A stretch of DNA of 64,000 nucleotides from Thermodesulfobacteriota bacterium (GCA_963675595.2 CAXXLZ010000001.1:1056001-1120000), one strand, 5' to 3'; positions 20,103 through 30,663 are shown, numbered from the stretch's first letter. Numbers and translations are program-made. The notes: generated by a model from the sequence alone, not told the origin.

Positions 20103-21413
20103 ATGGACGTTCTGCTCTTGTCCAGGCTTCAGTTCGCCGTGGCCGCTTTCTATCATTTCCTCTTCGTTCCTTTGACGCTTGGGCTTTCCGTCATGGTGGC
20201 CGTCATGGAAACCCGCTATGCTCAAACAGGGAACGAAACCTACCTTCGAATGACCAAGTTCTGGGGAAGGATCTTTCTGGTCAACTTCGCCATGGGCGTG
20301 GTCACCGGTATCACTCTGGAATTCCAGTTCGGCACCAACTGGTCTCGTTATTCGGAGTTCATGGGGGATATCTTTGGAACTCTCTTGGCCATTGAAGCCT
20401 TGGGGTTCTTTTTCCTCGAATCCACCATGATCGGTGTCTGGATCTTCGGGTGGAACCGGCTATCCGCCAAAGCACACGCTTTTGTCATGTGGCTGGTGGC
20501 ATTTGCCTCCACAGGTTCCGCGGTTTGGATTCTCACAGCCAACTCCTGGATGCAGCATCCCGTGGGATATGTGCTCAGGAATGGAAGAGCGGAATTGGGC
20601 GACTTCGCCCAAGTGGCCCTGAACCCATACGCAATCCTCATGTTCTTCCACGTTGTCGCCGCCGCCTATCTGCTCAGCGCCTTTTTCGTCATGGGAGTCA
20701 GCGCCTACCATCTTCTCAAGAAGAGCAACATCGATTTTTTCGCACGGTCCTTCCGTTTAGCACTTACCGTGGGACTCATCGCCTCACTATTCCTGATCGT
20801 CGAAGGGCATTACCACGCCTCGGATTTGGCCGTGACGCAACCCGCCAAGCTCGCCGCCATGGAATCCCATTGGGAGACGCAGTCCGAGGCCCCGATGTAT
20901 GCCTTTTCATGGCCGGACGAACAAAACGAAAGGAACGTGGTGGACTTGTTGCCCATCCCGGGGTTCCTGAGCTGGATGTCCTTCCACGACACGAAAGCCA
21001 CGGTGAAGGGGTTGCTGGATTATCCCAGAGATGAGCGCCCGCCGGTGCTTCCCACCTACGTTTCTTTCAAGGTGATGGCATTTTTGGGCTTCTATTTCGC
21101 ACTGCTCATGGTGGTGGGATGGTTCAAACGCAATCGGTTGACGGAGCATCCGGCCTATCTCAAAGTGATGTTCTATTCCATGTTCCTGCCTTACGTGGCC
21201 ATCGAGCTGGGGTGGATGGTGGCTGAAATCGGCAGGCAGCCCTGGCTGGTTTACGGGCTCATGAAGACCTCCGAAGGCGTATCCTCCATCGCGGTTTCAC
21301 AGGCGGCGCTCTCGCTCGCGGCATTCATCCTGGTTTACAGTCTTCTGGCCGTGGCGGCGGGTGTCCTGCAGGTAAGATACATCCGGAAAGGACCGGAACA
21401 TGCGGGCGCTTAA
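20103..21413 (+). CDS. cydA: Cytochrome bd ubiquinol oxidase subunit I
   Basis: RLQFA...HFLFVP, EFQFGTNW, QPAKLAAME and AEIGRQPW. Confidence 0.97.
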   Translation: MDVLLLSRLQFAVAAFYHFLFVPLTLGLSVMVAVMETRYAQTGNETYLRMTKFWGRIFLVNFAMGVVTGITLEFQFGTNWSRYSEFMGDIFGTLLAIEALGFFFLESTMIGVWIFGWNRLSAKAHAFVMWLVAFASTGSAVWILTANSWMQHPVGYVLRNGRAELGDFAQVALNPYAILMFFHVVAAAYLLSAFFVMGVSAYHLLKKSNIDFFARSFRLALTVGLIASLFLIVEGHYHASDLAVTQPAKLAAMESHWETQSEAPMYAFSWPDEQNERNVVDLLPIPGFLSWMSFHDTKATVKGLLDYPRDERPPVLPTYVSFKVMAFLGFYFALLMVVGWFKRNRLTEHPAYLKVMFYSMFLPYVAIELGWMVAEIGRQPWLVYGLMKTSEGVSSIAVSQAALSLAAFILVYSLLAVAAGVLQVRYIRKGPEHAGA

Positions 21414-21501
21414 AGAAGAGCCTCGGGTCAAAAAAGACAATATAGAAACGCCCGGTTTCGCCTAATATTAAACTCGTTTATGAAAAGTATCGGAGGATAT
21501 C

Positions 21502-22530
21502 ATGGACCTGCCCACCATTTGGTTCTTGCTCTGGGGCCTTCTTTGGGCCGTCTATTTCATCAGCGACGGCTTCGATCTGGGCATCGGTACGTTGATGCCT
21601 TTCGTGGCCAAGACCGATGATGAGAAACGTATACTTTATAACGTGATGGGGCCGCTCTGGGACGGCAACGAGGTCTGGTTGATCACCGCCGGCGGGGTGA
21701 CGTTCGCCGCGTTCCCCAAGACGTATGCCGTCATGTTCAGTGCCTTGTACACGCCCCTCATGCTTCTGTTGTTCGCCCTTATCGTCCGAGGAGTGGCCTT
21801 CGAGTTCCGCAGCAAACTCGAAAGTCCCGCTTGGAGACGATTATGGGATACCTGCCTTTTTGTGGGGAGTATGCTCCCGGCGGTCCTTCTGGGGGTGGCT
21901 TTCGCCAATATCTTCCATGGAATCGCCATAGACTCCGAAGGCGTTTATCAAGGTAGCCTCCTGACCCTTCTCAATCCTTATGGGCTGCTGGGCGGCGTGC
22001 TCTTCCTGACCTTATTCCTGCAGCACGGAAGCCTGTATTTGGCATGCCGTACGGAGGGTGTTCTGCAGGAACGTGCTCTCGGGGCGGCCAAAGGGGCCTG
22101 GTGGGCCGTTCTGGTCGCGGCGGTGCTGTTTCTGGTTGCGAGCGCCTTCGCCACCGGGCTCTACACCAACTACCTCTCCAATCCTATTCTGTTCGTCATA
22201 CCGTTGCTGACGGTCGTAGCCCTTCTGTTCGTGAAGGTTTTCGCGGCACGGGGGGCTTTCTGGAAGGCTTGGTTCGCTTCGGCCGGGACCATTATCGGCG
22301 CTACGTTCTACGGCATTGTGGGACTCTACCCCAACATGTTCCCTTCCAGTATCGACCCGGCTTACCATATTACGGTGCATGGAGCCGCTTCCAGTCCCAA
22401 GACGCTCTTGATTATGTTTGTGCTCGCACTGATCTTCACACCCGTGGTGCTCGCCTATCAGTTCTGGGCCCATCGGCTGTTCCGGCATCGTACCACGGAA
22501 AAGGATTTGTCCTACGAAGAAGCCTATTGA
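21502..22530 (+). CDS. cydB: Cytochrome bd ubiquinol oxidase subunit II
   Basis: DGFDLGIG and GPLWDGNEVWLI...FAAFP. Confidence 0.97.
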   Translation: MDLPTIWFLLWGLLWAVYFISDGFDLGIGTLMPFVAKTDDEKRILYNVMGPLWDGNEVWLITAGGVTFAAFPKTYAVMFSALYTPLMLLLFALIVRGVAFEFRSKLESPAWRRLWDTCLFVGSMLPAVLLGVAFANIFHGIAIDSEGVYQGSLLTLLNPYGLLGGVLFLTLFLQHGSLYLACRTEGVLQERALGAAKGAWWAVLVAAVLFLVASAFATGLYTNYLSNPILFVIPLLTVVALLFVKVFAARGAFWKAWFASAGTIIGATFYGIVGLYPNMFPSSIDPAYHITVHGAASSPKTLLIMFVLALIFTPVVLAYQFWAHRLFRHRTTEKDLSYEEAY

Positions 22531-22551
22531 GGTCCTATGACCCGCTTACCC

Positions 22552-22594
22552 GCCGTGGAAGACTTCCTAAGGAAGTCCTCCGCGGCTTTTTTTT
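22552..22594 (+). terminator. Intrinsic terminator after cydB
   Basis: GCCGTGGAAGACTTCC-TAA-GGAAGTCCTCCGCGGC followed by T8. Confidence 0.85.
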
Positions 22595-22882
22595 CAGTCC
22601 GACACGCCGGCGGTGAACCTCGCAAGGAGCGGATTCGCAAACGGCATGGAGAGGAGTGTCCAATCAACACGAGCTCAGCGCGCTCCTTGGCCCTTTTCGC
22701 GGACCTGAGCCCTATAGCGAGCCGTTGATGCAGGGTCCGTCGACTGGGACGGATCGATCAAAGACGCGCTCCAATGCCGATGGATCCTAAGGTCCTACCC
22801 GATCAATCCCCTTCACGAAAAAAATTGACACGCCCCCTGAATTCACTTAGATAGATCAGATTAGCCTGATGGAAAGGGTCTC

Positions 22883-23722
22883 ATGCGAGCAATCCGTTGT
22901 GCCGACATTACGGCGACTGTAAAGAGTCTGTTCATGGAAGCGAATACCAGGCTGGGGGAAGACGTCTCCGAAACGATAAGGCATTCGCTGGACACCGAAG
23001 AATCCGAAGTGGGCAAGGAGATTTTGAATCAGCTCCTGGAAAACGCCCGCTTGGCGCGGGAAACCGGAGTGCCTATTTGTCAGGATACCGGTCTGGCCGT
23101 GGTCTTCCTTGAACTGGGGCAGGACGCCCAAGTGGTTGAAGGGAATCTGGTGGACGCGGTGAACGAAGGGGTTCGCCAGGGCTACCGGGAAGGATACCTG
23201 CGAAAATCCGTGTGCCATCCGTTCACACGAGCCAATACGGGAGACAACACTCCCGCCGTGGTCTATGTGGACCTGGTTCCCGGCGACCAACTGAAGATTA
23301 TCGCCGTGCCCAAAGGGGGAGGCAGCGAGAACATGTCGCGCGTTTTCATGCTGCCGCCGTCCGCAGGCAAGGCGGGAGTACGGAACAGCATCCTGGAAAC
23401 GGTCCGGAACGCCGGGCCCAATCCCTGCCCCCCCACCATTATCGGAGTGGGGATCGGCGGCACCTTCGAGCAGGCGGCCTTACAAGCCAAGCGCGCCCTG
23501 CTGAGGCCCCTGGGTTCCACCAACCCGGACCCGGAGGTGGCGGAGCTGGAACGTGAGTGGTTCGAAGACATCAACAAACTGGGGATCGGTCCCCAAGGGT
23601 TGGGTGGACGGACCACGAGTCTTGCCTTACATATCCGGATGTTGCCCTGCCATATCGCCAGTTTGCCGGTGGCCGTCAACGTACAGTGCCACGCGGCGAG
23701 GCACAAGGAAGCCGTACTTTAA
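22883..23722 (+). CDS. Class I Fe-S fumarate hydratase / tartrate dehydratase, alpha subunit
   Basis: PICQDTG, NTGDNTP, KGGGSEN, NPCPP, GPQGLGG and CHIASLP. Confidence 0.94.
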   Translation: MRAIRCADITATVKSLFMEANTRLGEDVSETIRHSLDTEESEVGKEILNQLLENARLARETGVPICQDTGLAVVFLELGQDAQVVEGNLVDAVNEGVRQGYREGYLRKSVCHPFTRANTGDNTPAVVYVDLVPGDQLKIIAVPKGGGSENMSRVFMLPPSAGKAGVRNSILETVRNAGPNPCPPTIIGVGIGGTFEQAALQAKRALLRPLGSTNPDPEVAELEREWFEDINKLGIGPQGLGGRTTSLALHIRMLPCHIASLPVAVNVQCHAARHKEAVL

Positions 23723-24033
23723 TTCGGCGTTGTCCGTCGGGAGCCTTTGCCGAGCCTCCGGCGGAACTCCGTTTTCGTGAAGCTGTTCCTTCCGTGGGAC
23801 GTTCCCGCGCACGGAACGGCTGCAACGAACTCTTACCGATGCCGGGCGGGAGTTTTTCCGTCCGAGCAGGATCGATGCGCCTTTTTCCTTTCTAATCTGC
23901 ATGGGGAGCTTGGGCGGTCGGACCCTTCGATGAGCGGTGGGAGACTAAAGATGGAGCGGGCCGGGTTCTTGGATGAACATCGAGACACCGTCATCTTGTG
24001 CTCTTAACAGGATTTCGGGAAAGAAGCGGGATC

Positions 24034-24591
24034 ATGACGCAGACCTATCGACTGACGCCTCCTTTGTCCAGAGAAGACGTGGCCCGGTTGCGTATCGGGG
24101 ACAAAGTGCTTTTGAGCGGTGTCCTCTACAGCGCGCGGGATGCGGCGCATAAACGCCTTGTGGATTTGATCGACAAGGGAATGAAGCTGCCCATCGAACT
24201 CGAAGGACGAGTGATCTATTATGTGGGACCGTCGCCTCCGCCTCCGGGAAGGCCGATAGGCGCGGCGGGACCCACGACGAGTTATCGGATGGACCCTTAT
24301 GCGCCGACCCTCATGGCTCATGGGCTGAAGGGGATGATTGGAAAAGGAAAGAGGTCCCCCGAGGTCATTGAGTCCATAAAAAAATACGGGGCCGTGTACA
24401 TGGCCGGAGTGGGGGGTGCCGGAGCTTTGATGTCCCAGGCGATCCTCGAGGCCGAAATCGTGGCTTATCCCGAGTTGGGACCTGAAGCCATCTGGAAGTT
24501 CGTGGTTCGGGACTTCCCCGCCATCGTGGTGAACGACGTGCTGGGGAACGACTTGTACGAGGAGGGAGTTCGTAAATACCAACGTATCTAA
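24034..24591 (+). CDS. Class I Fe-S fumarate hydratase, beta subunit
   Basis: ARDAAHKR, YYVGP, AGPTTSYRMD, MIGKG and ELGPEA. Confidence 0.94.
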   Translation: MTQTYRLTPPLSREDVARLRIGDKVLLSGVLYSARDAAHKRLVDLIDKGMKLPIELEGRVIYYVGPSPPPPGRPIGAAGPTTSYRMDPYAPTLMAHGLKGMIGKGKRSPEVIESIKKYGAVYMAGVGGAGALMSQAILEAEIVAYPELGPEAIWKFVVRDFPAIVVNDVLGNDLYEEGVRKYQRI

Positions 24592-24620
24592 AATAACGGA
24601 TTTAGAATAAGGAGACGCCC

Positions 24621-25268
24621 TTGCTGTTCCAGAGAATTTTCGGAAGAAACAAGAAAGCCGACGTCTATCTGGACCTGATGGGCTCCGCAAGCGGTCTGTT
24701 CCTTGCGACGTTCGTGTGGACGCACATGCTCTTTGTGGGGACCATTGTGTTCGGCAGTACCTTCTATAACTTGGTGCCCTATGTCTTGGACACCACATAC
24801 ATTTCCTATGTCGGTATTTTTCTGGTTTGCTCCGCCATCCTCCTGCATCTGGTCGTGGCCGGACGCAGGATTCCAACACGGTATCAGGATCAACGTATCG
24901 TGTGGCAGCATTCCAAAAGGTTGGGTCAGAGAGACACCTGGCTGTGGGTTGTTCAGATCGTCACCGGGATGTCCATCCTGATCCTCGCCTCCATTCACAT
25001 CTTTCTGGTCCTGTGGGGATGGCCCATTACCGCGGCTCACAGCGCAGGCCGGGTTCAGGGAGGCGTTTTTTGGCTTTACCTTCTGCTCTTGCCCGTGGCC
25101 GAGCTTCACACCGGCATCGGGGTATACCGTCTGTTCGTCAAATGGGGATGGATCGATAGGCACCGGGTGAGCCGTGTGCTCAACTACGTCACTCTTGGCA
25201 TTCTCGGGCTGGGTCTGGCCGCGCTGCTTGTATTCCTTTTCCTCATTTCTACGGAGGCGGCCTCATGA
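24621..25268 (+). CDS. frdC: Fumarate reductase cytochrome b subunit
   Basis: About 5 TM helices with His heme ligands, plus ELHTGIGVYRLFVKWG. Directly upstream of frdA. TTG start uncertain. Confidence 0.88.
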   Translation: MLFQRIFGRNKKADVYLDLMGSASGLFLATFVWTHMLFVGTIVFGSTFYNLVPYVLDTTYISYVGIFLVCSAILLHLVVAGRRIPTRYQDQRIVWQHSKRLGQRDTWLWVVQIVTGMSILILASIHIFLVLWGWPITAAHSAGRVQGGVFWLYLLLLPVAELHTGIGVYRLFVKWGWIDRHRVSRVLNYVTLGILGLGLAALLVFLFLISTEAAS

Positions 25269-27079
25269 AATCCGAAAACACACATATCACGGATGCATTG
25301 GTTATTGGAGCGGGACTGGCCGGTGAACGGGCGGCCATCGAGGCGGCCCTTGCCGGACATGAGGTGATCATCCTGAGCTTGGTGCCACCCAGACGTTCAC
25401 ACAGTACGGCGGCCCAAGGCGGCATGCAGGCCAGCCTGGGAAACTGCTGCAAAGGTGAGGGGGACTCTCCCGACGTTCATTTCGCGGACACGGTGAAAGG
25501 GTCCGACTGGGGATGCGACCAGGACGTCGCGCGCCTCTTTGTGGAACTGGCCCCGGTGGCGGTACGTCAGATGGATTTCTGGGGAGTGCCCTGGAACCGC
25601 GTCGAGGCGGGACCGCGTACCCTGGCGGACGGAACGGTGATTCACGAGTCTTCCGAAAAACACATGCTTATCACCGCTCGCGATTTCGGCGGCACCGCCA
25701 AATGGAGAACCTGTTACACGGCCGACGGCACGGGACATACCCTGCAGTATACCATGGACAGCATCGTCGTTAAATTGGGCATCACGGTCCATGACCGGAT
25801 GGAGGCCATCGCGCTGATCCATGACGGGACCCGATGCTACGGCGCCGTGACTCGTTGTCTGCGGACCGGAGAACTGCACACCTACATATCCAAAGCCACG
25901 GTCATCGCAACCGGTGGCTATGGAAGGTTGTACGGAGCTTCCACAAACGCGGTGATCAACCAAGGCACGGGCATGACCATTGCCCTGAACACGGGAGTGG
26001 TGCCCTTGGGGAATATGGAGGCGGTTCAGTTCCATCCCACCGGTATCGTGCCGAGCTGGATTCTGATCACCGAAGGGGCTCGTGGAGACGGCGGATACCT
26101 TCTGGATAAGAACGAACACCGTTTCATGCCGGACTACGAACCGGTCAAAAAGGAACTAGCCTCACGAGACGTGGTGGCGCGCCGAATGATGCTGCATATG
26201 CGCAAGGGGTTCGGCGTCGAGAGCAAATACGCCCAGCACTTGTGGCTGGATATCCGTCACCTGGGCGAAAAGCACATTAACACGAACCTCAGAGAAATCG
26301 CCAATATCTGCCGGAACTTTAACGGCATCGACCCGGTTCACCAACTCATTCCCGTGCGTCCTACTCAGCATTACAGCATGGGCGGCGTGCGAACGAACAT
26401 TGATGGAGCGGCCCGAGGCTTGAAGGGGCTGCTGGCGGTGGGAGAATCCGCTTGTTGGGACCTGCACGGATTCAACCGGCTGGGTGGCAATTCCCTGGCG
26501 GAAACCATCGTCGGAGGCATGGTGGTGGGTCAATATCTCGCCGATTTCCTGAGCGGCGCCGAATTCGAGTATCCCGCAAAGCTCGTGGAAGACTTCCTCA
26601 AACAGCAACAGGACCGAATAGACAAAGTGATCCAAAACGGCTCCGGGGAAGATGTGTTCCAACTTCGCCGGACGATGGAAGAGACGCTGCTGGAAAAGGT
26701 GGGTATCTTCCGCAAAGGCAAAGACCTGGAAGAGGCGGTCGAGACGCTTCGTGACCTCTACCATCGCTCCTTGAACGTTTCACTGAAGTCCAAAGGCGGG
26801 ACCAGGGGACCGAACCCCGAATTGGCCGCCGCTTTGAGGCTGCCGGGGATGCTCAAACTGGCCCTTTGTATCTCCTACGGAGCGCTGACGCGCACCGAGA
26901 GCCGAGGGAGCCACTTCCGCGAGGATTATCCCAAACGGGACGACGTCAACTGGCTGAAGCGGACCCTGGCTACTTGGGAAGAGAACAAGGACCTGCCGAC
27001 GCTGAATTACGAATCCATCAAGATCAGCGAGTTGCCTCCGGGAGACCGAGGGTATGGCGAAGCCGCACGAGGAGACTGA
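25265..27079 (+). CDS. frdA: Fumarate reductase flavoprotein subunit
   Basis: GAGLAG, RSHSTAAQGG (covalent FAD His), QFHPT, TEGARGDG, HYSMGG, HGFNRLGGNSL and ESRGSH. Confidence 0.96.
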   Translation: MKSENTHITDALVIGAGLAGERAAIEAALAGHEVIILSLVPPRRSHSTAAQGGMQASLGNCCKGEGDSPDVHFADTVKGSDWGCDQDVARLFVELAPVAVRQMDFWGVPWNRVEAGPRTLADGTVIHESSEKHMLITARDFGGTAKWRTCYTADGTGHTLQYTMDSIVVKLGITVHDRMEAIALIHDGTRCYGAVTRCLRTGELHTYISKATVIATGGYGRLYGASTNAVINQGTGMTIALNTGVVPLGNMEAVQFHPTGIVPSWILITEGARGDGGYLLDKNEHRFMPDYEPVKKELASRDVVARRMMLHMRKGFGVESKYAQHLWLDIRHLGEKHINTNLREIANICRNFNGIDPVHQLIPVRPTQHYSMGGVRTNIDGAARGLKGLLAVGESACWDLHGFNRLGGNSLAETIVGGMVVGQYLADFLSGAEFEYPAKLVEDFLKQQQDRIDKVIQNGSGEDVFQLRRTMEETLLEKVGIFRKGKDLEEAVETLRDLYHRSLNVSLKSKGGTRGPNPELAAALRLPGMLKLALCISYGALTRTESRGSHFREDYPKRDDVNWLKRTLATWEENKDLPTLNYESIKISELPPGDRGYGEAARGD

Positions 27080-27096
27080 CAAGGGGAGTCTAACCG

Positions 27097-27828
27097 ATGA
27101 GTCGCATGCTATCCTTTGAGATATTTAGATATAATCCAAACGAGCCGAAGGTGAAGCCCAGGATGCAGCAGTATTCCCTGGACGAAACGGACGGCATGAC
27201 GCTGTTCGTGGCCTTGAACCGTATCCGGGAGGAACAGGACCCGTCCCTCATGTTCGATTTCGTGTGTAGGGCGGCCATTTGCGGGTCTTGCGCCATGCTG
27301 GTGAACGGCAAGCCCAAACTGGCCTGTCGAACGTTGGCCAAGGATATGCCCAACAAAATCACCTTGATGCCCCTGCCTGTGTTCAAACTGGTCGGGGACT
27401 TGAGCGTGGATACGGGTACCTGGTTTCGGGGCATGAACCTGAAAACCGAGAGCTGGATTCACACGGAACGGAGGTTTGATCCCAAAGCGTGTGAACTGCC
27501 CATGAGCAACGAAGATGCGTTGAAAATCTATGAAGCGGACCGGTGTATTGAGTGCGGTTGCTGCATTGCAGGATGCGCAACGGCCAATATCCGGGAAGAC
27601 TTCCTGGGTGCCGCCGGCCTCAATCGCATTGCGCGGTTCATGGTGGATCCCAGAGACGAACGCAAGAATGCGGACTACTTCGAGGTTGTGGGTACCGACG
27701 AGGGGGCTTTCGGCTGTGTAGGCCTTATGGCCTGTGACGACAACTGCCCCATGGAACTGCCGCTGCAGATGCAGCTCTCATTCGTGAGACGCAAGATGGC
27801 GATGCACGGCTTGGGCATCAAAAGATAA
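27097..27828 (+). CDS. frdB: Fumarate reductase iron-sulfur subunit
   Basis: CRAAICGSC...LAC, CIECGCCIAGC and CVGLMACDDNCP. Confidence 0.95.
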   Translation: MSRMLSFEIFRYNPNEPKVKPRMQQYSLDETDGMTLFVALNRIREEQDPSLMFDFVCRAAICGSCAMLVNGKPKLACRTLAKDMPNKITLMPLPVFKLVGDLSVDTGTWFRGMNLKTESWIHTERRFDPKACELPMSNEDALKIYEADRCIECGCCIAGCATANIREDFLGAAGLNRIARFMVDPRDERKNADYFEVVGTDEGAFGCVGLMACDDNCPMELPLQMQLSFVRRKMAMHGLGIKR

Positions 27829-27843
27829 CCAATGTTGAACGAT

Positions 27844-27877
27844 CTTGGAGCCCGCCTCAGGCGGGTTCCAGGGTTTT
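27844..27877 (+). terminator. Probable terminator after frdB
   Basis: CTTGGAGCCCGC-loop-GCGGGTTCCAGG followed by a short T run. Confidence 0.55.
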
Positions 27878-28067
27878 GCGGCCCGGTGCTTATCGGGATG
27901 GGTTGTCGGCCGGGCGAACATTGGGGCATCGGCAACGATCCCTGAGCCGAGCAACAGCGACCCGATAGACGACTCCGGACATACGGGAAAGCCGATCACG
28001 GACCGTCTTACCGGGTTTTCGTGTTTCAAAGACTCGGGTCGGAAGAGCGGCGTCTTCACTCAGGACG

Positions 28068-30401
28068 TCAGAGGGATCCCTCGGATTCTTCCTCCTCGGA
28101 CCGATACCACCGGGTTCCCTCCGGCCCATCGATCAGTCGCACACCCCGTTCCATCAAGGCGTCCCGCAATCGATCCGCCTCCGTCCAATTCCGTTCCTTT
28201 CGCGCCGTTTCTCTGCGAGCCAGAAGCGCCTCCTCTTCTTCAGTGAGGAGGACCGACGGAAAATCCATAATCATCAGCACCGAATTAAAACTGCGGAGGA
28301 GTTCCAGCGCCTCGGCCATGCGTTCGGCCCGCAGTTCGTTTCGGGAAATCATGGGGTTGACTTTGCGGGCGAAGGTGAATACCGACGCCAAAGCCGCCGG
28401 AACGTTCAGGTCGTCGTCCATGGCTTGGTTGAAACGGCTTTTCAATTCGTAGAGCAACTGTGGAGTTTCTTTGGCTCCCGGGCCGGGCTTGGCGAAGGTC
28501 AGTCTTCGAACGAATTCATCCAGCCGCTGGAGTCCGTTTCTCGCCGACTGGAGCGCCTCGTGGGAATAATTGAGCGGTTTGTGGTGGTGCTGAGTGAGCA
28601 ACCAGTATCTGACCTCCCTGCCCGAATACCCCTGTTCCAGCAGGTCCCGAAGAGTCACCATGCCTTCCGCCGATCGAGACATTTTGCGTCCCTGCAGCAG
28701 CACCAGCTCGCAGTGGAGCCAATAATTGGCGAAACGCTTTCCGGTCAACGCCTCGACGATGGCGATTTCGTTTTCATGGTGGGGGAAGATCAGGTCGGTT
28801 CCGCTCGTGTGGATGTCGATGGTTTCGCCTAAATGTTTGGTCGACATGGCGGCGCACTGCAGATGCCAACCGGGTCTTACGTTGCCCCAGGGGGTCTTAT
28901 AGAATATGCCCCGTTTCAATTCCGCCAGAGTGGATCTCTTGAGCAGTGTGAAGTCCCGGGGATTGTCTTTTTCATATTCATCCAGGTCCACCGTCTTGCC
29001 CACGTGGATTTTGCTCAAGTCCACCCGGGACAAGTTGCCGTAATGTTCGAAACGTGAAATGTCGAAGTACACCGAACGAAACTTCTCGTAGGCGATTCCT
29101 TTATCGAGGAGTTTTTGCGTGAGTTGGAACATCTCCTCGATGCATTCGCTGGGAACGGGATAATGATCCGCCCGTTTGACATCCAACGTATCGATGTCCT
29201 TAAGGATTTCTCCAATGTATCCCTGGGTGTAATCCTTGATGTCCTTGCCCGCTTCGCTGGAACCGTCGATGGTCTTATCGTCGATGTCCGTGATGTTCAT
29301 GACGTGGGTGACCCGGAATCCGCGGTACTCGAGATGTCTTCTCAAGACGTCGGCGAACACGATCCTGCGACAGGTGCCCAGATTCATGAATCCGTGGGCC
29401 GTGGGACCGCAGGAGTACATGGTCACTTCGCCCTCTTTGAGCGGGATGAAGTCTTCCTTGTCACGGGTCAACGTGTTGAAAAAGCGTATGGGCGATCTCT
29501 TGCGATCCTGGAACAGCGTGGTGCTGAGGTAGCGCTCCCCGCTGTCGGGGAAAAGGACCACGATCAAGCCCTCGTCCAATTCCTGGGCCGTTCGGTAAGC
29601 CAGGGCCATGGAGGCGCCGGCGCTCATGCCGACCAGGAGTCCTTCCTCTCGTACCAGCCGCCTCGCCGTCTCGAAGGCTTCTTCGTCCTCGATGTTGACG
29701 ATGGCGTCCAGTCGAGTCTTGTTGAAGATTCCCGGCTTGTAGGACTCTTTCATGTTCTTGAGCCCCTGGATCTTGTGTCCCAAATAAGGTTCCACGCCGA
29801 GGATCCGGATGTCGGGGTTGTATTCCTTCAAGCGTCGACTCACACCCATGAGCGTGCCGGAGGTCCCCAAAGAGGCCACGAAGTGTGTGACGGCTCCTTG
29901 GGTTTGTTGCCATATCTCTTCGCCCGTTCCTTCGTAATGGGCCCGGATGTTGTCTTCGTTGTTGAACTGGTCCGGAACGAAGTACTTTTCGGGATATTCT
30001 CGCGCCAAGCGGTAGACTTCTTCGATGGCACCGTCGGTCGAAAGTCGGGCGGGCGTGAGGAGCAGTTCGGCCCCGTATGCTTTGAGGATTTTCTGGCGCT
30101 CGATACTCGCCGATTCGGACATGGCCAAAGTGATGGGGTAGCCTTTGACGGCCGCGACCATGGCCAAGCCGATGCCGGTGTTTCCGCTGGTGGCCTCAAG
30201 GATGGTCTTCCCCTGGATTTCACCGCGAGCTTCGGCGCCTTCGATCATGTAGAGCGCCACGCGATCCTTGACGGAGCCTCCGGGGTTGCAGGATTCGAGC
30301 TTGGCGTAGATGCGGACCTTGTTCTTGGGTCGGATTCTACGAATTTCGACCAGAGGGGTGTTACCGATCAGGTCGAGGATGGTGTTGTGTTTTTCTTTCA
30401 T
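28068..30401 (-). CDS. cysS: Cysteine synthase (CysK/CysM-like) fused to cysteinyl-tRNA synthetase
   Basis: N-terminal half has IGNTPLV, NPGGSVKDR (PLP Lys), TSGNTG and GTSGT. C-terminal half has CGPT, NITDIDDK, RPGWH.QC, FPHHENE, KMSRS and MDDDLN. The frame is continuous. Confidence 0.93.
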   Translation of the reverse strand: MKEKHNTILDLIGNTPLVEIRRIRPKNKVRIYAKLESCNPGGSVKDRVALYMIEGAEARGEIQGKTILEATSGNTGIGLAMVAAVKGYPITLAMSESASIERQKILKAYGAELLLTPARLSTDGAIEEVYRLAREYPEKYFVPDQFNNEDNIRAHYEGTGEEIWQQTQGAVTHFVASLGTSGTLMGVSRRLKEYNPDIRILGVEPYLGHKIQGLKNMKESYKPGIFNKTRLDAIVNIEDEEAFETARRLVREEGLLVGMSAGASMALAYRTAQELDEGLIVVLFPDSGERYLSTTLFQDRKRSPIRFFNTLTRDKEDFIPLKEGEVTMYSCGPTAHGFMNLGTCRRIVFADVLRRHLEYRGFRVTHVMNITDIDDKTIDGSSEAGKDIKDYTQGYIGEILKDIDTLDVKRADHYPVPSECIEEMFQLTQKLLDKGIAYEKFRSVYFDISRFEHYGNLSRVDLSKIHVGKTVDLDEYEKDNPRDFTLLKRSTLAELKRGIFYKTPWGNVRPGWHLQCAAMSTKHLGETIDIHTSGTDLIFPHHENEIAIVEALTGKRFANYWLHCELVLLQGRKMSRSAEGMVTLRDLLEQGYSGREVRYWLLTQHHHKPLNYSHEALQSARNGLQRLDEFVRRLTFAKPGPGAKETPQLLYELKSRFNQAMDDDLNVPAALASVFTFARKVNPMISRNELRAERMAEALELLRSFNSVLMIMDFPSVLLTEEEEALLARRETARKERNWTEADRLRDALMERGVRLIDGPEGTRWYRSEEEESEGSL

Positions 30402-30584
30402 GAGTTTGGTCGAGTCCGTCCGGTTTTCCTGAACACCGGGGCAGTGACAGGGCGAGTGGTTGGCCAAGAAACGGTCGAGATTGAATTACTAGATCGACCC
30501 GTGGAATTCAAACAAAAAGGAGGCGATCACGGCTCCTGTGGAGACAAGGTGTCGGCAAGCGGTGAGTAGTTCTCCCCTTTTTCC

Positions 30585-30613
30585 TTGACAGGGTACAAAA
30601 GCTATCATACAGT
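30585..30613 (+). promoter_or_regulatory. Sigma-70-type promoter
   Basis: TTGACA-17 nt-TACAGT upstream of the DUF2080/GNAT genes. Confidence 0.6.
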
Positions 30614-30663
30614 CACATTGTAGCTAAACCGGTTACTGAATAAAATGAGAGCAGATTGCCGCC

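Noticed and set aside
29115-30569. Long antisense ORFs (also 60196-61497, 57700-58704, 58806-59879, 42210-43223 and 18614-19588)
   Set aside because: Shadow frames of well-supported genes in high-GC DNA, with no motifs of their own.
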